A model generated the notes under the pieces. That model made no database searches, was not told where the DNA came from, and saw only the letters and a program-made list of their open reading frames with translations. Below, piece by piece: positions 7,984 to 13,264 of a DNA stretch of 13,264 bases. The position numbers were made by a program, and so were the translations under genes. The stretch comes from a virus (Duplodnaviria > Heunggongvirae > Uroviricota > Caudoviricetes): IMG/VR virus record IMGVR_UViG_2923159863_000006; one strand, written 5' to 3'. Each line of letters begins with the position of its first letter. Within the stretch, counting starts at the first letter, position 1.

Positions 7984-10526
7984 TGAGACGGCAATGTATT
8001 CAAGCTGTGCAGCAGGCGATTGGGCGCCCGCTCAATCAGCCAGAAATCAAGGATATCGAGGCGCGCATATCTCGCAACATGAGGGAGCTTGCGCGTATCG
8101 ACCCGAACTGGCAGACGCTTACTCGTAATGACCGGATTACAGCCGCTGGCCAGCGCGCCGCGAATGAACTAACCGCCGAGGCTGCAAAGGCGCGTCAGCG
8201 CACAGCGCTCACTATCCTTGCCCATGATCGCGTGCAAAACTTTCTAGAGGGGTATGACGGCAACCGTCTTGAGGCCTTGGATAGAATCCTAGCATTCTCT
8301 TCTGATTACCCAGGAATCCAGTCAATCGAATCTGCATCTCGCGCAATCCGAGACGAGGCAATGGGTCGCTTGCTAGATGTTATCGACCAGACGCGCGGTC
8401 GATTTCTTGGTCTTATCGCGAACCGCGAAGGCACCACTGCGCTGGTGCGCGAACTTCATGGAGAAGATTCCGGGGTTCCGGCAGCGCGTGAGGCGGCGCG
8501 CCAATACCATGAGGTTGCCGAGAGCCTTCGCCAGCGCTTCAATAGGCGGGCGGTGATATTGGTCGGCTAGATGACTGGGCTTTGCCCGTGGGCATTCTCA
8601 ATACCGTATCGCTCGCGACCTTGCCGGCTGGGTTGACCAACACATGGGTTGGGTTGATCGCAGCCGCTACCTGAACGAAGACGGAACCCGCATGACGGAT
8701 GACCAGCTTCGTGATTTCCTGACTCATGCCGGGACAACGCTAGCGACTGGTGGAGTGAACAAAGTCGAGCCAGGAAGGGTCGGCGAAGTGGGATGCGTGC
8801 GAATAGAGGCAGCGAGTCTCGCCAGATCCACTACCGTGACGCAGATGCATACATGGCTGCGCAGGAAGCGTATGGCGACAAGAATATTATGGATCTGATG
8901 TTTGGCCATATTGACCAGATTTCTCGCGACATCGCGCTTGTTGAAACTTTAGGGCCGAATCCGAACCACGCGTTCAAATATTTCTCAGATCTGCATTCCA
9001 GCATGAGGCTGTGTCATCGCCGAGAGATATAAGTCGGCGCCTTAACAAGCAGCGTAAGCGGCTAGATTACCTTTACACCGAGGTTGCTGGTACGCGCGAG
9101 CCGCCCGTCTCTGCGCGCATTGCAAACTGGTTCGATACATATCGCGGGATTAACGTAGCATCTAGGCTGGGTAGTGCGGTAATTACGGGGTTTTCTGACC
9201 AGGGAACAATCGCACTTACCGCAAAGATGAATGGCATGCCAGTAATGAGGGTCTTTTCCAATGAGGCGAAGATGCTCAACCCGCTGAATGACCAGCATCG
9301 CCGCATTGCCAGTCGCGCTGGTTTGGGCATTGACCAGCTAATGGGTAGCATGGCGCGCTGGGGGGCTGACGGTCTTGGCCATGACGCTGAAGTGGCAGGT
9401 CGAGCATCGGGTTACTCGCAGACAGCGGCAACAACGCTTCTCCGCGCGTCAGGCATGAATGCTATTGATGCAGCCAACCGGCGTGCTTTTGGCGCAACCA
9501 TGATGGGATGCTGTCGGATACCTAACGCGCAACCACCGAATCCATGTCCTCTCTTGAAGCAGGGGATCGGGCAAGGCTGCGCAATATGGGTGTGACGGAT
9601 ACCGACTTCTCTGTTTGGGCGCTTGGCTGAAACTGAAGACTGGCGCGCATAGGAGACACCATCCTGACTGCGGGTAGCATCTACAGGATCACAGACGAGG
9701 CTCTTTCAGATATTTCCGCGCGAACACGTACCAGCCCGCAGCGTTTGAGAGACCAGGCCGCCACCAAGTTACTCGGCTCCGTTCTTGATGAAACCAACAT
9801 GGCTATCCCTGCGCCAGGGGCTAGGGAGAGAGCATTCATGCATGGGGGCAAAGCCCGTGGAGAGTGGGGCGGCGAGCTTGCTCGATCCTTCTGGCAGTTC
9901 AAGTCCTACTCTGTGTCCATGGTCATGAAGCACTGGAAGAGAGCTTTCGCTCAGCAAACCGGCTGGGGAAAGGCCGGCTATATGGCGGCGATCTTCGCAA
10001 GCACAACTGTGCTTGGAGCTATTTCCCTTCAGCTTAACGAGATAGCCAGCGGGCGCGACCCAAAAAACATGCTAGACGCCGATGATACGAACTGGTGTTC
10101 CAGGTCTTCGATTTGCTTTGGCTGCAATGCTTAAAGGGGGGCGCCCTGTCTATCTATGGCGACTTCCTATTCTCGGATACGACCAGCCTATGGAACCTCT
10201 CCGCTTGCAGCAATCGGAGGCCCGTAGCCGGGGACATTGAGGCGCTATTCAAAATCAGAGGGACGGCACAGGACCTAAAAGGCGACCAGCTTGGAGGGAA
10301 CCTTGTGAAATTCGCAAAGAGCCACATCCCTGGAGCAAACCTCTGGTACACCAAAGCTGCCACTGATCACATGATCTTCCACCAGTTGCAAGAGTACTTC
10401 TCTCCCGGCTACCTTCGTCGCATGGAGCAGAGAGCCCGCAAGGAATTCGGGCAAAGCTACTGGTGGGAGCCTGGAGATTACACCCCTCGAAGAGCGCCAG
10501 CCTTAGAATCTGCTTTTGGGCCTTAG
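7983..10526 (+). pseudogene. Large internal virion/ejection protein (epsilon15 gp17-like), ~847 aa when reframed; 12 inferred single-base indels, probably sequencing error
   Basis: Starts MRRQCIQAVQQA at a TGATG overlap (7983, not 7959). Successive fragments carry family motifs: RFN.AGGDIG.L.DW, TLATGG.NK, RANRG..SRQIH..DAD.Y, IAL.ETLGPNP, VASRLGSA, FWQFKSY, LKGG.L.IYGDF, IPGANLWY.KAA.DH and EYFSPGYL.RME.R..KEF.Q.YWW.P. Missing bases near 8545, 8585, 8785, 8993, 9647, 10221. Extra bases near 9505, 9536, 9617, 10090, 10136, 10187. Confidence 0.8.
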
Positions 10527-10555
10527 CTGGTATTGGTTTTGATATGGAGATTTCT

Positions 10556-10895
10556 ATGAGCTTTTGGGATTTAACTTCATTTATAGGTCTAGGCGCCGCC
10601 CTGTCTTTTGGGCAGACACACAAGAGAGTTTCATCTGGTTTATATGCTGACATTTGTGGGATTTTGATAATCCCGTGCGTCATATCAATACTTTGGTCTA
10701 TGTCTCTTGTTTTTTCATGGTGGACTATAGCTATATTTTTTGGTTATGTCGCTTGTTGTTGGTTTTATTAACGGTACATTTCTTAGGTCTGGCTTCGGAA
10801 TGGAGTCACTTGTATCTATGCAGCCAATATTAGGTACGACGTTTGTTGTGTGTAGCATTTCTTCTTGGTGGCCGGCAATATCTAAACTGATTTAG
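10556..10895 (+). CDS. Low-GC multi-pass membrane protein of unknown function, ~112 aa (one extra base near 10736-10743 as sequenced)
   Basis: GGAGA RBS at 10546-10550 and ATG at 10556. Removing one base in TTTTTTGG extends the hydrophobic frame (VMSLVVGFINGTFLRSG...ILGTTFVVCSISSWWPAISKLI) to TAG at 10893-10895. Hand count gives 118 G+C in 300 nt (10561-10860), about 39%. Confidence 0.65.
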
Positions 10896-10946
10896 AGATA
10901 GAGGCGCCATCAACCGGAACGCCTAGTCTAGTTAACCCCCCCAGAG

Positions 10947-10970
10947 AACCCCGCACTTCGCGGGGTTTTC
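10947..10970 (+). terminator. Rho-independent terminator
   Basis: Stem AACCCCGC (10947-10954) / GCGGGGTT (10960-10967) with a 5-nt loop, followed by TTCGCATTTCT. It lies between the membrane gene and the tailspike RBS (GGAG, 10979-10982). Confidence 0.75.
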
Positions 10971-10991
10971 GCATTTCTGGAGCATCGAAAA

Positions 10992-11654
10992 TTGACCGTA
11001 CCTACCAATACCAGCGTTGTTGAGTACGAAGGCAATGGCGTTACCACGGCATTCCCTGTGCCGTTCAAGTTCCCGGCCAATGACGACCTTGTGGTTACGA
11101 AAGTCTATAACGACGTTGCAAATGTCTTGGTGCTCGGAACTGATTACACAGTGGTGGGTGCTGGTGCGCAGAGTGGCGGAGCCGTTATCGCCACTAGCGC
11201 TCCTGAAAATGGGGCGACCATCAACATAACCCGCGAGCTTGAAACTGTTCAGGAAACAGATCTTAGAAACCAGGGTAGGTACTTCGCAGAGACGCACGAA
11301 AGCGTATTCGATTATTTGACTATGCTTATTCAGCAAGGATTTGCTGTTCTGGCTAGAACCCTGAAGCGGCCAGTCGGTAAAGACTATTTTGACGCGGAAA
11401 ATCGAAGAATCTCAAGGGTAGATGATCCTGTAGAGGATGGAGATGCTGCTAACAAAGTATGGACTCAGCAGTATGTTGGGTCTTTGATCTCTAGCGGCAC
11501 CGGACCGATTAACCTTGCTTCTAACGTCATCTATTTTTCTCCTGAACTGGTTCCGCATGTTCTACAGGATCTTTCTGGCGGATCTTCCTCTGATGGCGCG
11601 GCGCTAGTTTCTCGCGCAACTGTCGCTCTCGACTCTGTTTACAACCTACAGGGC
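10992..11654 (+). other. Intact tail-anchoring N-terminal region of the tailspike (Phage_T7_tail-like domain)
   Basis: In-frame part of track ORF 10992-11678 up to the first inferred indel; motifs as above. Confidence 0.85.
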
Positions 11655-11917
11655 GCCCGAAGATTTCCAATCAACTGATGCGCGTTGCGGCTACTACCCA
11701 GGCGGATCTGTATCTGGAAACTCAGCGGCCGCTGGTGGCGGCCTGTTCCGATGGGATGGCGCTAGACCGAAGTCTCAACACAATGCGGCACCATCATCAG
11801 CCCGACCGTTCCATGGAACGGACTCCAAAGCACATTAGGTGCATACCTATTGGGATCTGGAGAAACTTCACCTGGCGAGAATGGCTGCTGGGTTCGTGTT
11901 GCTGATGATGTCAAGCT

Positions 11918-13264
11918 TGTGACTTTGGTGGGGTTGTAAGTGAGTCCGTCGATTCATCCGCCGCTTTTTATGCAGCGCTGAAGTACTGCTTATCGACTAA
12001 TAAGGAACTCTACCTGCCAGAAGGCGTAGTTCGCGTAAACTCTGCTGCTGTAATAGATGGTGCCACAACGATTTTCTCGTCTGTGAAAATTCGAGGTACT
12101 TTCAAGACAAGTGGAGTGGCTGCTGGTTATGTGGTTAGCAGAGTTGGAAGCCTGATCTATACTAATGGAAACAGCGCTCTAGACATTTCGTTCAACGACT
12201 TTAGGAACGAGAACTTTGATATCCGTGGAGTGGCATTTGTAGACACCTCATTCTATCCTCCGGGAACTCCTGCAAGCTCGAATCCTGCGATAATTATTAG
12301 AAAGGGTAATCCTGATGGCAGCAGCAATCGATATATAACTGGTAACGTTCTTGAGGACGTTGCTTTCGTTAGCTATCAAGACGCTGTGAAAACTATTGGG
12401 GTTGCAACAGGGTTGCCGACCTATAACTACGTTGGTCCAACCTCGTTGAATCGTGTGTACTTCTATAAGTGCGGAACCGCTATGCATCTTCAGGATTGCA
12501 CGTACAATCATCTATTCCTGAATGAATGTCTTCTCTTTGATCTGTCGTCTCAAGCTATATTCCTGACAAAGACGGTTAGCGGGACTGGCGGCAACGTAGA
12601 TGTAACGTTCAGCAATTGTGTGTTCGAATCGATTTGGGGGATTATGAATACGGCCAATGGGTTGACGTCTTCCACGAAACGTAACACGGCAGTTTTCAAT
12701 TCTTGCAATAGAGAATTCTGCGGGCTGTACGGCCCGACAGGCGGAGGCGGAAACTTCGCAGGGAGTCCGCTTGGGTATATAGGTCACACCGATGTAATGA
12801 TCAATGGAAATTGGGAGAGAGGTCAGGCTTTTGGGGAAACTGCTTTACCGGCAATCGATTCTGGTGCTGTTATTTTCGCGAGCAGATATGTTGATGTTCT
12901 TATGAATGGCGGCCAAGTTGGATCTCCAGAATACGTCAACGTTGTTGACGTAAGCGGGACAATTCCAGCCTCTGGCAGCCTGACCAAGACGTTCAATGTG
13001 AGCGGATCGTTTGTGTTGAATGCTGACGTCGCATATGACGACGGGTTTGGCGGGCACCAGAATGTAGTTGCGTATGGCAACCCTACTGGCTCAAAGGCGC
13101 GGGACGTGACAGGGACGATCATTTCTGCTGGTCTATCTGCGACCTACGGGGACGGACCGTCGGGTGCGGCTTTCACCGTTACGTTCAATAACGGGACTGC
13201 ATCGCCGATCAATGTGAAGATCCGGGTCACGAACAAAGCAGGCTTGATCGTTACTGTTTCGTGA
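11918..13264 (+). other. Intact beta-helix and C-terminal domain region of the tailspike
   Basis: The frame is open from about 11918 (CDFGGVV), not only from the track start at 12083. It is Asn/Val/Phe/Ile/Gly-rich with short beta-strand repeats such as VTFSNCVFES and AVFNSCN. Confidence 0.75.

Larger units (their letters stand above)
1..13264 (+). mobile_element. Podovirus-type phage/prophage tail and DNA-ejection module (epsilon15/phiV10-like organisation)
   Basis: Co-directional, mostly overlapping genes in the order tail tube A, tail tube B, gp13-like, four internal virion proteins, small insert, tailspike. No integrase or att site is in the window, so free phage versus prophage cannot be decided. 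Confidence 0.93.
10992..13264 (+). pseudogene. Tailspike / receptor-binding protein (T7 gp17-like anchor plus pectate-lyase-like beta-helix), ~758 aa when reframed; four missing bases as sequenced, probably sequencing error
   Basis: N-terminus MTV.T......GNGVTT.FP..F, QETDLRNQG.YFAE.HE..FD.LTMLIQQ and DP....DAANK match epsilon15-type tailspike anchors. Adding a base near 11655, 11689, 11785 and 11917 gives VAGYYPGG..GGGLFRWDG..HNGGTIISP..GCWVR..DFGG..DSSAAF.AAL..LYLPEG, continuous with track ORF 12083-13264. Stop TGA at 13262-13264. Confidence 0.85.

Noticed and set aside
8539-10134. Intron, intein or mobile insertion splitting the gp17-like gene
   Set aside because: The reframed product is colinear with the recalled family motifs at ~847 aa, leaving no extra sequence.
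10463-10555. Track N-terminal extension of the membrane ORF
   Set aside because: It overlaps the end of the gp17-like gene. The RBS and the GC shift point to ATG at 10556.
11678-11905. Independent 75-aa gene between the tailspike halves
   Set aside because: Only MRVA is in the true frame. The rest is out-of-frame tailspike linker sequence.
6477-11918. Programmed ribosomal frameshifting or phase variation as the cause of the split genes
   Set aside because: There are too many events (12 in one gene) in both directions. Most sit in 1-3-nt runs with no slippery heptamer or long repeat tract.
101-13122. Minus-strand track ORFs (e.g. 728-1441, 3069-3533, 4117-4797, 10932-11336)
   Set aside because: All lie antisense to well-supported + strand genes and show no recognisable motifs, so they are treated as shadow ORFs.
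12700-13264. Diversity-generating retroelement variable region, as in BPP-1 Mtd
   Set aside because: No C-type-lectin-like terminus, no second near-identical repeat and no reverse transcriptase in the window. Sequence downstream of 13264 is not visible.
1-13264. tRNA, rRNA, CRISPR array, tandem repeats, IS ends, att sites
   Set aside because: None were seen by eye. Almost all sequence is coding and the spacers are under 100 nt. tRNAscan or Infernal would be needed to exclude small RNAs formally.

Overview
The whole window is the + strand virion morphogenesis module of a short-tailed (podovirus-type) phage or prophage. Gene order and motifs match the epsilon15/phiV10-like group with T7-like tail genes. 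A Pseudomonas-type host is a guess from composition and recalled relatives. Order: 3' end of a small capsid-adjacent gene, terminator, tail tubular protein A, tail tubular protein B (nozzle), T7 gp13-like GNAT-fold protein, four internal virion/ejection proteins (157, 678, ~640, ~847 aa), a low-GC ~112-aa membrane protein, a second terminator, and a ~758-aa tailspike (T7 gp17-like anchor plus beta-helix). The ORF track fragments 6063-11920, but manual reframing needs only 19 single-base indels to restore four full-length genes with no residual stop codons. This looks more like a low-accuracy consensus than real decay. The best candidate for new biology is the AT-rich membrane gene beside the tailspike, possibly a receptor-linked exclusion or conversion factor. 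No RNA genes, CRISPR arrays, IS elements or DGR were seen. All family assignments come from recalled motifs, not database searches.
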